Assembly (NCBI GenBank): GCA_040007095.1
Contig: JBDTVS010000127.1
Span: 18,958 to 82,957, forward strand
Length of the DNA: 64,000 bases
Reading direction: 5' to 3'
From: Acidobacteriota bacterium
Lineage (GTDB): Bacteria; Acidobacteriota; Vicinamibacteria; Vicinamibacterales; CAVVIG01
Part shown: positions 9,607 through 20,270 of the stretch, one piece after another
Position numbering within the stretch: position 1 is the stretch's first letter
Layout of the letters: each line of letters begins with the position of its first letter
Made by a program: the position numbers and the translations under genes
The notes under the pieces: generated by a model
What the model was told of the DNA's origin: nothing
Databases searched by the model: none
Seen by the model: only the letters and a program-made list of their open reading frames with translations

Positions 9607-10347
9607 ATGTTCGACCTGACCGGAAAGGTGGCGCTGGTGACCGGCGCGTCGCGCGGCATCGGGCAGGCCATCGCGGGCAGGCTCGCGGCTCAGGGGGCTA
9701 CGGTGATCGCGGCCGCTCGCGGCGACCATGCGGACGCTACCGTGTCGGCGCTCACCGCGCGAGGGCTTCTTGCCCAGGCTGTCAGTCTCGACGTGACCGA
9801 CGCTGAGGCGCTGGGGCAACTGCCGGGCGAGATCGTGGAGCGCTGCGGCCGGTTGGACATCATTGTCAGTAACGCCGGAATCGCGCGCGATCAGCTGCTG
9901 ATGAGGATGAAGCGGGACGACTGGGACGCGGTCCTGGCCACCAACCTGACGCCGACCTTCGTGTTGACGCAAGCCGCTCTTCGGCCGATGCTCAAGCAGC
10001 GCGGCGGGCGGATCATCGCGATCAGCTCGGTGGTCGGGCAGACGGGAAACGCGGGGCAGAGCAACTACGCCGCGTCGAAGGCCGGGCTGATCGGCTTCGC
10101 GAAAGCGCTGGCTCGTGAGGTGGCGTCCCGGCGCATAACCGTGAACGTGGTGGCGCCGGGTCTGGTCGATACCGACATGACCCGCGCGATCGGCGAGAAA
10201 GCGCAAATCGACTGGGCGGCGCAGATTCCGCTCGGCCGTCCGGGCACACCGGATGAGATCGCCGCCGCGGTGTGCTTTCTTGCGTCGGACGAGGCAGCGT
10301 ATATTACTGGACACGTTCTGGCCGTGAACGGCGGGATGTACATGTAG
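9607..10347 (+). CDS. fabG: 3-oxoacyl-ACP reductase FabG
   Basis: SDR motifs TGASRGIG, NAG, YAASKAG. ATG at 9607 chosen inside the longer track ORF. Confidence 0.95.
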   Translation: MFDLTGKVALVTGASRGIGQAIAGRLAAQGATVIAAARGDHADATVSALTARGLLAQAVSLDVTDAEALGQLPGEIVERCGRLDIIVSNAGIARDQLLMRMKRDDWDAVLATNLTPTFVLTQAALRPMLKQRGGRIIAISSVVGQTGNAGQSNYAASKAGLIGFAKALAREVASRRITVNVVAPGLVDTDMTRAIGEKAQIDWAAQIPLGRPGTPDEIAAAVCFLASDEAAYITGHVLAVNGGMYM

Positions 10348-10353
10348 GAGGGG

Positions 10354-10599
10354 TTGATGGCCGTAGCCGACAAAGTCAAGAGCATCATCGTGGAACAACT
10401 CGGAGTGGACGAGGAAGAGGTTACACCGGACGCGTCGTTCGTGGACGACCTGGGCGCAGACTCGCTCGACACGGTCGAGCTCGTCATGGCGTTCGAGGAG
10501 GAGTTCGGGATCGAGATCCCCGACGAGGATGCTGAAAAAATCACCCGCGTGAAAGAAGCGATCGAATACATCGACGCCCACGCGAAATCCAAAAAGTAG
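10354..10599 (+). CDS. acpP: Acyl carrier protein
   Basis: 81 aa. Phosphopantetheine site [21 protein letters not shown]. Confidence 0.95.
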   Translation: MMAVADKVKSIIVEQLGVDEEEVTPDASFVDDLGADSLDTVELVMAFEEEFGIEIPDEDAEKITRVKEAIEYIDAHAKSKK

Positions 10600-10629
10600 G
10601 CCGCCACACATGGGCGCTTCCGCACGCAT

Positions 10630-11883
10630 ATGGTGAACAGGCGAGTTGTCGTCACCGGCATCGGGCTCGTGTCGTCACTCGGGATCGGAACCGACGCAAA
10701 CTGGCAGGCGCTCCTCGCCGGCGAGAGCGGCGTCGGCACGATCACCAAGTTCGACGCGACCGCATTCGCGACGCAGATCGCCGGCGAGGTCAAGCATTTC
10801 GACCCGCTGCGGTTCATCGAGAAGAAAGACGTCAAGAAGATGGACGTCTTCATCCAATACGCGATCGCGGCGAGCCAGTTCGCGGTCGACGACGCCGGGC
10901 TGACGATCACGCCGGAGATGAGCCCACGGGTCGGGGTGTTCATCGCCTCCGGCATCGGCGGATTCACCACCATCGAGCGCGAGCACAAGGCGCTGCTCGA
11001 GGGTGGTCCTCGCAAGATCTCGCCGTTCTTCATTCCCTCGGCGATCATCAACCTTGCGGCGGGCCAGGTCTCGATCCGGTTCGGCGCCAGGGGGCCGAAC
11101 TCCGCCACCTGCACCGCGTGTTCCGCCTCGGCGCATGCGATTGGCGACGCCTACCAGATCATCAAGCGCGACGCCGCCGACATCATGATCGCGGGCGGAT
11201 CGGAGGCCGCGATCACGCCGATGGGGATCGGCGGGTTTGGCGCCATGCGGGCACTGTCGACGCGCAACGCCGAGCCGGCGCGGGCCAGCCGGCCCTTCGA
11301 CAAGGATCGCGACGGCTTCGTCGTCGGCGAAGGCGCCGGGGTCATGATTCTGGAGGAATACGAGGCCGCGATCCGCCGCGGCGCCAGGATTTACGCCGAG
11401 CTGGTCGGCTACGGCATGTCCGCCGACGCCTACCACATTACGGCGCCATCGGAAGACGGCGACGGCCCGTTCCGGGTGATGGGCGCGGCGCTCACGAGCG
11501 CCGGCGTCGAGCCGCGGCAGGTGGACTATATCAACGCCCACGGCACCTCCACCCCGCACGGAGACAAGGTGGAGACCCTCGCCATCCGTCGCTGCTTTGG
11601 TGAGGAAGCGAACCGTGTCGCCGTGTCCTCGACGAAATCGATGACCGGCCACCTGCTCGGTGCGGCCGGCGGCCTGGAGGCCGGCATCACGGTCCTCAGC
11701 GTTTACAAACAGATCGTGCCGCCCACCATCAACCTCGACGTGGCGGACGCCGAGTGCGATCTCGACTACGTGCCCAACACCGCGCGCAAGATGGCGATCG
11801 AGTACGCGCTGTCGAACTCGTTCGGCTTTGGCGGCACCAATGCCGCGCTGCTGTTCAAACGCTACGACCGCGACGACGTCTGA
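10630..11883 (+). CDS. fabF: 3-oxoacyl-ACP synthase II FabF
   Basis: 417 aa. Active-site Cys region ATCTACSASAHAIG, HGTSTP, GHLLGAAG. Confidence 0.95.
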   Translation: MVNRRVVVTGIGLVSSLGIGTDANWQALLAGESGVGTITKFDATAFATQIAGEVKHFDPLRFIEKKDVKKMDVFIQYAIAASQFAVDDAGLTITPEMSPRVGVFIASGIGGFTTIEREHKALLEGGPRKISPFFIPSAIINLAAGQVSIRFGARGPNSATCTACSASAHAIGDAYQIIKRDAADIMIAGGSEAAITPMGIGGFGAMRALSTRNAEPARASRPFDKDRDGFVVGEGAGVMILEEYEAAIRRGARIYAELVGYGMSADAYHITAPSEDGDGPFRVMGAALTSAGVEPRQVDYINAHGTSTPHGDKVETLAIRRCFGEEANRVAVSSTKSMTGHLLGAAGGLEAGITVLSVYKQIVPPTINLDVADAECDLDYVPNTARKMAIEYALSNSFGFGGTNAALLFKRYDRDDV

Positions 11884-11890
11884 TCCCGTG

Positions 11891-11999
11891 GTTGGGACCC
11901 GGAAAGAAACAAAGATGCCATCCCGAGCGCCGATGCTTGGTACCTTTGTTTCTTTCCGGGCCCTTACCTGGTGCCTGGGCACCGTAACCTCGTCCCAAC
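11891..11999. repeat. Nested hairpin element downstream of fabF
   Basis: Perfect 17-bp arms CCCGGAAAGAAACAAAG (11898-11914) and CTTTGTTTCTTTCCGGG (11944-11960). Outer pair GTTGGGAC/GTCCCAAC (11891-98 and 11992-99). Confidence 0.8.
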
Positions 12000-12048
12000 G
12001 GCCAGGCGACCCGGCGGTTCGCCCGATGACCAGCGGTCCAGTAACCAC

Positions 12049-12837
12049 ATGAAGATTGCGGTCTGTCTCAAGCACGTTCTCGCACGCGACAGCCAGCCGC
12101 GCCTCGACGACGGCAGAACCTGGATCCGCGAGTCGGACGCATCCTATGAAATGAACGAGCCGGACGCCTATGCGCTCGAGGAGGCGCTGCGGCTCAAAGA
12201 AAAGCGCGGGGGCGAAGTCGTCGTGTGCTCGGCTGGGCCCGCGCGCGTGGCGCAGGTGATTCGTGAAGCGCTGGCTCGTGGCGCCGACCGGGCGATCCAT
12301 GTCGAGGGCGACGCCCTCGACCGTGCCGATGCGTCGGTGGTGGCGGCGGCGCTGGCCGGCGCCATGCGCGATGAGCAGTTCGACCTGATCCTCACCGGCC
12401 TGCAGTCCGACGATCAGGGGCTGGCGCAGACCGGCGTCATCCTCGCGGAGCGTCTCGGGCTCTCCCACGCGACCATTGTCATGGAAGTCGACCTGGCCGA
12501 TCGGCCGGAGGCGGGATCGACGGCGACCGTTCGGGTCAAGCGGGAGCTCGAAGGCGGGTGGTTTCAATGGGTCGCGATGCCGTTGCCGGCGCTGCTGACG
12601 ATTCAAAGCGGGATCAATCAGTTGCGCTATGCGACGCTCAAAGGCATCATGGCGGCGAAGAAGAAGGAAATCCGCAAGGTATCGGCGGCTGCGAACGCGG
12701 CGGCTTCGGCCACGCAGAAGATTGTTGGTCTCTATGTGCCCGAGAAGGCAAAGCAGACCCAGATTATCGGCGGCTCACCCGCCGAGGCGGCCAAAGAACT
12801 GGTGCGCCGGCTGCGCGAGGATGCTCGGGTCATTTGA
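12049..12837 (+). CDS. etfB: Electron transfer flavoprotein beta subunit
   Basis: MKIAVCLKHV start and LRYATLKGIMAAKKKEI recognition-loop region. ATG 12049 inside the longer track ORF. Confidence 0.85.
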   Translation: MKIAVCLKHVLARDSQPRLDDGRTWIRESDASYEMNEPDAYALEEALRLKEKRGGEVVVCSAGPARVAQVIREALARGADRAIHVEGDALDRADASVVAAALAGAMRDEQFDLILTGLQSDDQGLAQTGVILAERLGLSHATIVMEVDLADRPEAGSTATVRVKRELEGGWFQWVAMPLPALLTIQSGINQLRYATLKGIMAAKKKEIRKVSAAANAAASATQKIVGLYVPEKAKQTQIIGGSPAEAAKELVRRLREDARVI

Positions 12838-12852
12838 ACCACGATGGATGGC

Positions 12853-12962
12853 TTTGAACCATAACGATCACCAGGCACACAAAGAAATCTCTGTTCGCGG
12901 TGATTCGCCTGGCAGAGATTCTGTGATCGAGCTTTGTGATCTTTGTGCGCTTTGTGGTTAAC
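12853..12962. repeat. CACAAAG word-repeat palindromic element (etfB-etfA gap)
   Basis: GAACCATAACGATCACCAGGCACACAAAG...GCTTTGTGATCTTTGTGCGCTTTGTGGTTAA. Related copy at 34698-34727. Confidence 0.7.
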
Positions 12963-12985
12963 AGGTTTGTGTCTCTCGTCATCGG

Positions 12986-13960
12986 ATGCCGAACATGATC
13001 TTAGTGGTCGCGGAGCAACGTGGCGGGACTCTGAATCGCGCGAGCTGGGAGACCATCGCCGCGGCGCAGCAGATTGGCGCGGGGACGGACATCGCGGTCG
13101 CGGTCGTCGGCGCCGACGTCGCTGCGGTTGCGGGAGAGCTGGCGGCAGCCGACGTCCGCGAAGTGCTTACGATCGACCATCCCGCCCTCGACCTGTACAC
13201 GTCCGACGGCTACACCGCGGCACTTCAGCAGTTGATTGAGCAGCTCTCGCCGTCCATGGTGCTGCTGCCCCACACCTACCAGACCCGCGACTTTGCACCA
13301 AAGCTGGCGGCTCGTCTCGATCGGGCACTCGTGACCGATGTGACCGGGATCAAGACGGCCGCGGGCGAGTTGGCGTTCGTGCGCCCGATGTTTCAGGGCA
13401 AGCTGACCGCCGACGTCGTGCCGCTTGGGCCGCCGCCGCATCTTGTCACGTGTCAGATTGGCGCCTTCCGCGCGGACCGGGCCGTCAGAGGCCAGTCGAC
13501 TGCGGCGATTCGCGCCATTGCCATCGACCTCGATCGTTCGCAGATACGCCAGCATCCGGAAGCGCCGTTTCAGGAAGCGAAACAAGCGGTCGATCTCTCG
13601 CAGGCGGAGCGGATTGTCTCCGTGGGCCGGGGGATCAAGGGCCAGGAGCATCTCCCGATCGCGCAGGCGCTTGCCGACGCGCTTGGTGCCGAGCTCGCCG
13701 CGTCGCGTCCGATCTGCGATGCGGGCTGGTTGCCGATGGAGCGCCAGGTCGGCAGCTCCGGTCAGACGGTCGCCCCGAAGCTGTACCTCGCGCTCGGGAT
13801 TTCCGGGGCGATCCAGCACCTGGTCGGCATCAAGGGTTCGCATACGATTGTGGCGATCAACAAGGACGCCGATGCGCCGATCTTCGAAGTCGCCGACTAC
13901 GGCATCGTCGGCGACCTGTTCGAAATCGTGCCGGCCCTGCTGGCGGCACTGAAAGCATGA
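12986..13960 (+). CDS. etfA: Electron transfer flavoprotein alpha subunit
   Basis: C-terminal FAD-binding signature [13 protein letters not shown]...[30 protein letters not shown]. Confidence 0.85.
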   Translation: MPNMILVVAEQRGGTLNRASWETIAAAQQIGAGTDIAVAVVGADVAAVAGELAAADVREVLTIDHPALDLYTSDGYTAALQQLIEQLSPSMVLLPHTYQTRDFAPKLAARLDRALVTDVTGIKTAAGELAFVRPMFQGKLTADVVPLGPPPHLVTCQIGAFRADRAVRGQSTAAIRAIAIDLDRSQIRQHPEAPFQEAKQAVDLSQAERIVSVGRGIKGQEHLPIAQALADALGAELAASRPICDAGWLPMERQVGSSGQTVAPKLYLALGISGAIQHLVGIKGSHTIVAINKDADAPIFEVADYGIVGDLFEIVPALLAALKA

Positions 13961-14044
13961 CGACACTCACCACGGAGCGCGCCGGGGCCCGCAGCCTGTG
14001 CAGCTGTGCTCTGGGGGTGCCGCAGTCCTCGCGTTGAGCGTTTC

Positions 14045-15877
14045 ATGGCCACGCTCGTTCTCTGGCTGCTTGTTGTCGTCTTCCTGGGGGTCTTCGCAGC
14101 CCAGGTCGCCGCGCGCGTCCGCCTGATTGCGGCTGCCCCCAATACCTTCGCGCTGGATCGGCTCGGGTTCCGGATTCAACGGGTGCTGCTCGACGTCGTG
14201 CTGCAGCGCGCGACGATCGCCGAGCGTCCGGTCGCCGGCGTTGCGCACGCGCTCGTCTTCTGGGGATTCCTCGCGTTTGGCGGCTACACGGCCGCGGAGT
14301 TTCTCAAGGGTCTGGGCATCGTCGATCTGACGCAGACCGGGTGGTTTGCGCTCTATCGATCGGTGCTGAGCGTCTTTGCGGGAGGCGTGCTCGCCGGCAT
14401 CGTCTACCTGCTGGTTCGGCGCGCCTTGGTCCGCCCTGTTGCGCTGGGCTCGAAGGTGTCGGTGGAATCGATCGTGATCGGTCTGTTCATCGTCATCTTG
14501 ATGACGACGTTTCTGCTCACCTACCGATGGGCGGACGCGAGCGCCGCCGGCCGCGTCAACTGGTGGGTGCACGCAATCGTGATTCTTGCGTTTCTTGCGC
14601 TAATCCCGTCGTCGAAGCATTTCCACCTGTTGCTCTCGCCGATCACCGTATTTCTGCGTTCACCGGTTCTCGGGAACGTGCCCAATCTTGATTTCGAAAA
14701 AGAAGAAGTCGGTCTCGAGACCGTCAAGGATCTCGGCAGCAAGAGCGTCCTGGACGCGCTCACCTGCGTCGAGTGTGGACGCTGCCAGGTGAATTGTCCG
14801 GCGTGGGCGTCCGGCAAGGAGTTGAACCCGAAGCTGATCGTTCTGCAAACGCAGGCGGCGCTGCTCGCCGGGGACCGCGAGAAGAAGCTCGCGGAGGTCT
14901 ACACCGAGAAGGCCCTCTGGCAGTGCACGACCTGCGGCGCCTGCGAGAACCAATGTCCCGTGGGCATCGAGCATCTCCCGATTCTCCTCGGCGCCCGGCG
15001 CGGCCTCGTATCCAATGGCGACGCGCCCGACAGCCTCGGCGGCGTCTACAACCACCTCGAGCGGCGAGGCAATATCTGGGGCCTCGGCTACGATCAACGC
15101 CAGAAATTCGTCGACTCCGCCGCTCTCGAGATATTCGATCCCGCCAGGCACGACGTCCTGGTCTGGCTGGGATGTGCCGGTGCATTCGAAGCCGACTACC
15201 AGAAATCCATGCGATCGCTGTTCGAGATCCTGCGTGGCCGGGGCGTGCGTTTCGGCGTGTTGTCGAAGGAGCGCTGCACCGGCGATCCCGCCAAGCGCAC
15301 CGGGAACGAGTACATGTTCCAGGAACTGGCGACCGGCAACATCGCGGATCTGAAGGCGGCCGGACCGAAGAAGATTCTGACGTCGTGTCCGCATTGCGTG
15401 AAGACCATCGGCGACGACTACCGGCGATTCGGCTACGACGTGGAGATCGTGCACTCGGCGGTGTTTGTCGACGAACTGCTGCGAGATAGTCGGATCGCGA
15501 CCGCCGCCTCGGAGCGCGTGACGTTCCACGACCCGTGCTACCTTGGCCGCTACGCGGGGAAGGTCGACGAGCCGCGCCGACTGCTGATGAGCCGTGGCGC
15601 CGAGATTGCCGAACCGGAGCGCAATCGCGAGAATCCTTTTTGCTGCGGTGCCGGCGGCGGCCTGCTGTTCGCCGACAAGGAAGAAGAGCCTGGCTCCCGC
15701 ATCAGCGATGTCCGGTTTGCACAGCTGCGCGCGACAGGTGCGGACACCGTCGTGACGGCATGTCCGTTCTGTTCGATCATGTTGAAGGGCGCGCACGCCA
15801 GTGCTGGCGCGGAGGGTGGGGAAGTCCGGTTCGTCGACCTGATGACCTACGTCAACGATCGGTTGAACCAGACGTGA
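14045..15877 (+). CDS. Membrane-bound Fe-S oxidoreductase (HdrD/GlpC/DsrK-like, ETF-associated)
   Basis: Hydrophobic multi-helix N-terminus. Two 4Fe-4S motifs (CVECGRCQVNCP, CTTCGACENQCP). Two Cys-rich CCG-type segments (SCPHC, FCCGAGGG, ACPFC). Immediately downstream of etfBA. Confidence 0.8.
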   Translation: MATLVLWLLVVVFLGVFAAQVAARVRLIAAAPNTFALDRLGFRIQRVLLDVVLQRATIAERPVAGVAHALVFWGFLAFGGYTAAEFLKGLGIVDLTQTGWFALYRSVLSVFAGGVLAGIVYLLVRRALVRPVALGSKVSVESIVIGLFIVILMTTFLLTYRWADASAAGRVNWWVHAIVILAFLALIPSSKHFHLLLSPITVFLRSPVLGNVPNLDFEKEEVGLETVKDLGSKSVLDALTCVECGRCQVNCPAWASGKELNPKLIVLQTQAALLAGDREKKLAEVYTEKALWQCTTCGACENQCPVGIEHLPILLGARRGLVSNGDAPDSLGGVYNHLERRGNIWGLGYDQRQKFVDSAALEIFDPARHDVLVWLGCAGAFEADYQKSMRSLFEILRGRGVRFGVLSKERCTGDPAKRTGNEYMFQELATGNIADLKAAGPKKILTSCPHCVKTIGDDYRRFGYDVEIVHSAVFVDELLRDSRIATAASERVTFHDPCYLGRYAGKVDEPRRLLMSRGAEIAEPERNRENPFCCGAGGGLLFADKEEEPGSRISDVRFAQLRATGADTVVTACPFCSIMLKGAHASAGAEGGEVRFVDLMTYVNDRLNQT

Positions 15878-16554
15878 GCGACCGAGACTGGCGCGCCTCC
15901 CGCCGCAAGCGCGTCGAGGCGGCTGCGATTGCCGTCGTCGGCTACCGGCTGGTCGCAATGCTGGCGTCGACGCTTCGCTGGCGGGAGGAGGGGCTGGAGC
16001 ACCTCGAGCGGGTGCTCGCCGGAGGCCGGCAGCCGATTATGGCGTTCTGGCACGGTCGCATCCTGCCCGCGACCTACTATTTTCGACGCCGCGGTATCGT
16101 GGTCATTACGAGCGAGAACTTCGATGGGGAGTGGATCGCAGGTATCATCCGGCGATTCGGCTATGGCACGGCGCGGGGGTCGACCTCGCGGGGAGCGCGC
16201 AAGGCGTTGCACCAATTGACTCGCGACATGGCGGCGGGGAAGCCGGCCGCGTTCACGCTTGACGGTCCGCGCGGTCCGGCGGGCGTCGCGCAACCGGGAG
16301 CGGTCTGGCTCGCGAAAGTGACCGGCAATCCTGTTCTGCCATTTCACATCGAGACCGATCGCCACTGGACACTTGAAAGTTGGGACCGCACGCAGATTCC
16401 CAAGCCGTTTGCGCACGCGTCGATCGTCGTCGGTGCGCCGATCGACGTGCCGCGCCGCGCCGACGACGCAGGCATCGAAAGCGCGCGCGTGATGCTGCAG
16501 GATCGGCTGCGTGCGCTCGAACACCGGGCCCTCGAGTTATGTCGCTCATTCTGA
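15874..16554 (+). CDS. DUF374 / lysophospholipid-acyltransferase-like protein
   Basis: FWHGRILPATYYFRRRGIVVITSENFDGEWIAGIIRRFGYGTARGSTSRGARKAL. GTGA start/stop overlap with the upstream gene. Confidence 0.7.
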   Translation: MSDRDWRASRRKRVEAAAIAVVGYRLVAMLASTLRWREEGLEHLERVLAGGRQPIMAFWHGRILPATYYFRRRGIVVITSENFDGEWIAGIIRRFGYGTARGSTSRGARKALHQLTRDMAAGKPAAFTLDGPRGPAGVAQPGAVWLAKVTGNPVLPFHIETDRHWTLESWDRTQIPKPFAHASIVVGAPIDVPRRADDAGIESARVMLQDRLRALEHRALELCRSF

Positions 16555-17567
16555 TTTCGTCCGAACACTTCGCCGATCACCAGACGCCGCCCGGCCATCC
16601 CGAGCGCTCGGAACGCGCGGAGGTGATGGACGTCGTCGCGTCCCACTGGCGCGACGGCGGTGGGGAAGTCGTGGCGCCGCGCCAGGCGACTCACGAACAG
16701 CTGGCCAGAGTGCACGACGCCGAATACTTGCACCGCATCGCCGAGACCGCCGGGCAGGCGATCGCGCTCGACCCGGACACCTACACCTCGACCGACACCT
16801 ACGAGGTCGCGCAGCTTGCCGCCGGAGCGGCGGTCGATGCGGTCGAGCGCGTCATGGGTGGGCCCCATACGATAGCCATGGCGCTCGTCAGGCCGCCTGG
16901 TCATCATGCCGAGCGCAGCCGCGCGATGGGATTCTGCTTCTACAACAACATCGCGGTCGCTGCCGTGCACGCGCGCACGCTTGGCGCGCAGCGCGTGGCG
17001 ATTGTCGACTACGACGTGCATCACGGCAACGGCACGCAGCACATGTTCGAGTCGAATCCGAACGTGTTGTACATCTCGACCCACCAGTATCCGTTCTATC
17101 CGGGCACCGGCGCGGTGGATGAGACCGGTGTCGGTGCGGGGACAGGTTTTACCGTGAATCTGCCGATCGAGGCGGGGGCGGTCGACGAGGACTACCAGAC
17201 GGCATTCCAGGATGTCGTGGTTCCGGTGCTGCGGCAGTTCAAGCCGGACCTCCTGCTCGTGTCGGCGGGCTTCGACGCGCACGAACGCGATCCCCTCGCG
17301 AACATGCGAGTGAGCACCGAGGCGTTCGCGGCGATGACCATGGAATTGCGGAAGGTGGCGGCCGAGTGCTGCAGCGAACGCATGATGCTCGTGACTGAAG
17401 GCGGCTACGACTTGCGCGCGCTGACCGCGTCGCTCGAGACCGTCGTCAAGACCCTCTCCGGTCCCCTCGCGCCTGCGCGCTGGCCCGCCAGCGGGCTGAA
17501 GTCCAGCCGCGGACGCCTCTCGGCCGAGGCGGCCAAGCGCGCGCTCAAGCCATTCTGGCGACTGTGA
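16539..17567 (+). CDS. Histone-deacetylase-family (AcuC/HDAC-like) deacetylase
   Basis: RPPGHHAE, DYDVHHGNGTQ, SAGFDAHERDPL. 16-nt overlap with the DUF374 gene. Confidence 0.85.
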   Translation: MSLILISSEHFADHQTPPGHPERSERAEVMDVVASHWRDGGGEVVAPRQATHEQLARVHDAEYLHRIAETAGQAIALDPDTYTSTDTYEVAQLAAGAAVDAVERVMGGPHTIAMALVRPPGHHAERSRAMGFCFYNNIAVAAVHARTLGAQRVAIVDYDVHHGNGTQHMFESNPNVLYISTHQYPFYPGTGAVDETGVGAGTGFTVNLPIEAGAVDEDYQTAFQDVVVPVLRQFKPDLLLVSAGFDAHERDPLANMRVSTEAFAAMTMELRKVAAECCSERMMLVTEGGYDLRALTASLETVVKTLSGPLAPARWPASGLKSSRGRLSAEAAKRALKPFWRL

Positions 17568-17718
17568 CGCGGTCGTCGGACTGAAACTCAAGGCCGTTCT
17601 GAAATTCGATCGATTCGGATGGCACGTCGTGTCCGCCTTCCGCCTGCGCGGAAGCTGGTCGGGCGGACCTCGATCGCCTCGAGCGGCCGGTGGTAACGGT
17701 TAGAATAGACGCGACCCC

Positions 17719-20250
17719 ATGACCGAATATTCGCCACAGGCTCTGGATAAGAAGTGGCAGGAGCAATGGACGAGCGGCCGCGCGTTCGAGGTGACCGAGG
17801 ATTCCGCGCGTCCGAAGTACTACTGCCTCGAGATGTTCGCGTACCCTTCCGGCCACGCCCACGTCGGCCACGTCAGGAACTACATCATCGGCGACGTGAT
17901 GGCGCGCACCAAGCGGCTCAGAGGTTTCAACGTGCTGCACCCTTTCGGGTGGGACGCGTTCGGCCTGCCCGCGGAGAACGCCGCCATCAAGACCGGCACG
18001 CACCCGGAAACCTCGACGCTGGGCAACATCAGCCACATGAAGGGGCAGCTGCAGCGCCTGGGCATCAGCTATGCGTGGGATCGCGAGATCGCGACCTGCC
18101 TGCCCGAGTATTACAAGTTCAACCAGTGGATTTTCCTGAAGATGTTCGAGCGCGGTCTCGCCTACCGCCGCCGCTCGAGCGTCAACTGGTGTCCGAGCTG
18201 CAACACCGTGCTGGCCAACGAACAGGTGGTCGATGGGGCCTGCTGGCGGTGCGGCACGATGGTCGTGACTCGCGATCTCGAACAGTGGTTCTTCCGGATT
18301 ACCGCGTATGCCGACGCACTGTTGGAGGGCCTCACGACGCTGACGGACTGGCCCGAGAAGGTCGTCGTGATGCAGCGGAACTGGATCGGACGATCCGAAG
18401 GCGCGCGCCTCTCCTTCCCGGTCGCCGGCGGCGATCCGATCGAAGTCTTCACCACGCGCATCGACACCATCTACGGCGCCACCTTCGTGCTGCTGGCGCC
18501 AGAGCATCGGTCTGTCGAGCGGTTCGCCGCTGAGAGTCCCGACCCCGCGGCGTTTCGCGAGCGCGTCAGGACGTTCCGCGCCCTCGATCGCCACGCCCGG
18601 CTAACGGGCGATATCGTCAAGGAAGGCTTCGATACCGGCCGCAAGGCGATCAACCCGTTCACCGGCGAGGACGTGCCGATCTGGATCGCGAATTTCGTCC
18701 TCGCCGAATACGGGACAGGCGCGATCATGGCCGTTCCCGCGCACGACCAGCGCGACTTCGAGTTCGCGCGCAAATATGGATTGCCGATCCGCGTCGTTGT
18801 GCAGAGCGGTGTGCAGACCGGTGTCACGCCGATATCGGTCGAGACGATGACGGAGGCGTCAGCCAACTATGGACGGCTGGTCGATTCGGCGCAGTACACC
18901 GGTGAGCAGGCGCCGGCGGTGCTGACGCGAATGATCCGCGACGCGGAATCGCGAGGCCTGGGCACCGGCGAGATCCAATACCGTTTGAAGGACTGGGGCA
19001 TCTCTCGGCAGCGCTATTGGGGCACGCCGATCCCAATCATCTACTGCGAGAAAGACGGCGTCGTGCCGGTACCCTACGACCAGCTGCCGGTGGCGCTGCC
19101 GAGGGTGACGACGTTCACGGGTCGAGGTGATTCGCCGTTGGCCCAGGTGCCGGAGTTCGTCAACGCGATTTGTCCCACTTGCGGCGGTCCCGCACGCCGC
19201 GAGACCGACACGATGGACACGTTCGTCGACTCATCGTGGTACTTCCTGCGGTTTTGCGACCCGGGAAATGCCGGTCTGCCGTTCGACCCGGCCAACGCCG
19301 CGTACTGGATGCCCGTCGATTTCTACAGCGGGGGCGTCGAGCATGCGATTCTGCACCTGTTGTACTCGCGCTTCTTCACGCGCGTGCTGCACGATGTCGG
19401 CCTGATCGAGTTTGACGAGCCCTTCAAGCGCCTGCTGACCCAGGGCATGGTGCTGAAGGAAGGCGCCGTCATGTCCAAGTCGAAGGGCAACGTCGTCGAT
19501 CCCGACGACATGCTGGCCAAGTATGGGGCCGACGCACTGCGTCTCTACGTCATGTTCGTGGCGCCGCCGGAGAAAGAGGTCGAGTGGAGCGACGCCGGAC
19601 TTGAGGGCAGCTTCCGCTTCCTCGTGCGTGTATGGCGGCTGGTCGATCACTGGGCCGAGACGATCGGTGGCAAGGGAGTGCTTGCGTGCGGTGACGATGG
19701 CAATGACGCCGAACGGGGCGTGCGCAGAAAAACGCACGAGACCATTCGAAGGGTCACGGCCGACATCGAAGAGCGCATGCACCTCAATACCGCCGTCTCG
19801 TCGCTGATGGAACTCGTCAACGCGCTGTATGCATTCAGCGAGGGGACCGTTCACGGCACCCCGGGGCGGCATGCCGCCGGTGAAGGCGTCGACCGCCCGC
19901 AGACGGTCAGCGCGCTGCGCGAGGCGATCGGCGCGCTGGTGTTGATGCTCTCGCCGTTCGCGCCCCACGCCGCCGAGGAAATGTGGCAGATGATCGGCAA
20001 TTCCGGAGGCCTGGCGCAAGCCACCTGGCCGACCTTCGATCCGGCCGTGGCACGCGCCGATGTGGTGGTCGTGCCGGTCCAGATCAACGGCAAAGTGCGC
20101 GCGAGGCTGACCGTGCCTTCGGACATCCCGGAAGATCAGTTGCGCGAGCTGGCGTTGGCGGACGCTGCGGTGATCGCTCACATCGCCGGCAAGACGATTC
20201 TGAAGGTGGTGTTCGCGAAGGGGCCGCTGCTGTCGATCGTCGTCCGTTGA
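17719..20250 (+). CDS. leuS: Leucyl-tRNA synthetase
   Basis: 843 aa. HIGH-type motif [10 protein letters not shown] and KMSKS-type VMSKSKGN. Confidence 0.97.
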   Translation: MTEYSPQALDKKWQEQWTSGRAFEVTEDSARPKYYCLEMFAYPSGHAHVGHVRNYIIGDVMARTKRLRGFNVLHPFGWDAFGLPAENAAIKTGTHPETSTLGNISHMKGQLQRLGISYAWDREIATCLPEYYKFNQWIFLKMFERGLAYRRRSSVNWCPSCNTVLANEQVVDGACWRCGTMVVTRDLEQWFFRITAYADALLEGLTTLTDWPEKVVVMQRNWIGRSEGARLSFPVAGGDPIEVFTTRIDTIYGATFVLLAPEHRSVERFAAESPDPAAFRERVRTFRALDRHARLTGDIVKEGFDTGRKAINPFTGEDVPIWIANFVLAEYGTGAIMAVPAHDQRDFEFARKYGLPIRVVVQSGVQTGVTPISVETMTEASANYGRLVDSAQYTGEQAPAVLTRMIRDAESRGLGTGEIQYRLKDWGISRQRYWGTPIPIIYCEKDGVVPVPYDQLPVALPRVTTFTGRGDSPLAQVPEFVNAICPTCGGPARRETDTMDTFVDSSWYFLRFCDPGNAGLPFDPANAAYWMPVDFYSGGVEHAILHLLYSRFFTRVLHDVGLIEFDEPFKRLLTQGMVLKEGAVMSKSKGNVVDPDDMLAKYGADALRLYVMFVAPPEKEVEWSDAGLEGSFRFLVRVWRLVDHWAETIGGKGVLACGDDGNDAERGVRRKTHETIRRVTADIEERMHLNTAVSSLMELVNALYAFSEGTVHGTPGRHAAGEGVDRPQTVSALREAIGALVLMLSPFAPHAAEEMWQMIGNSGGLAQATWPTFDPAVARADVVVVPVQINGKVRARLTVPSDIPEDQLRELALADAAVIAHIAGKTILKVVFAKGPLLSIVVR

Positions 20251-20270
20251 GGCGCGAAGGACCATTCATC

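Noticed and set aside
10675-12606. 643-aa ORF on the minus strand spanning fabF and etfB
   Set aside because: It is antisense to two genes with unmistakable motifs. Its translation is Arg/Gly/Asp-rich low-complexity sequence, typical of stop-free alternate frames in high-GC DNA.
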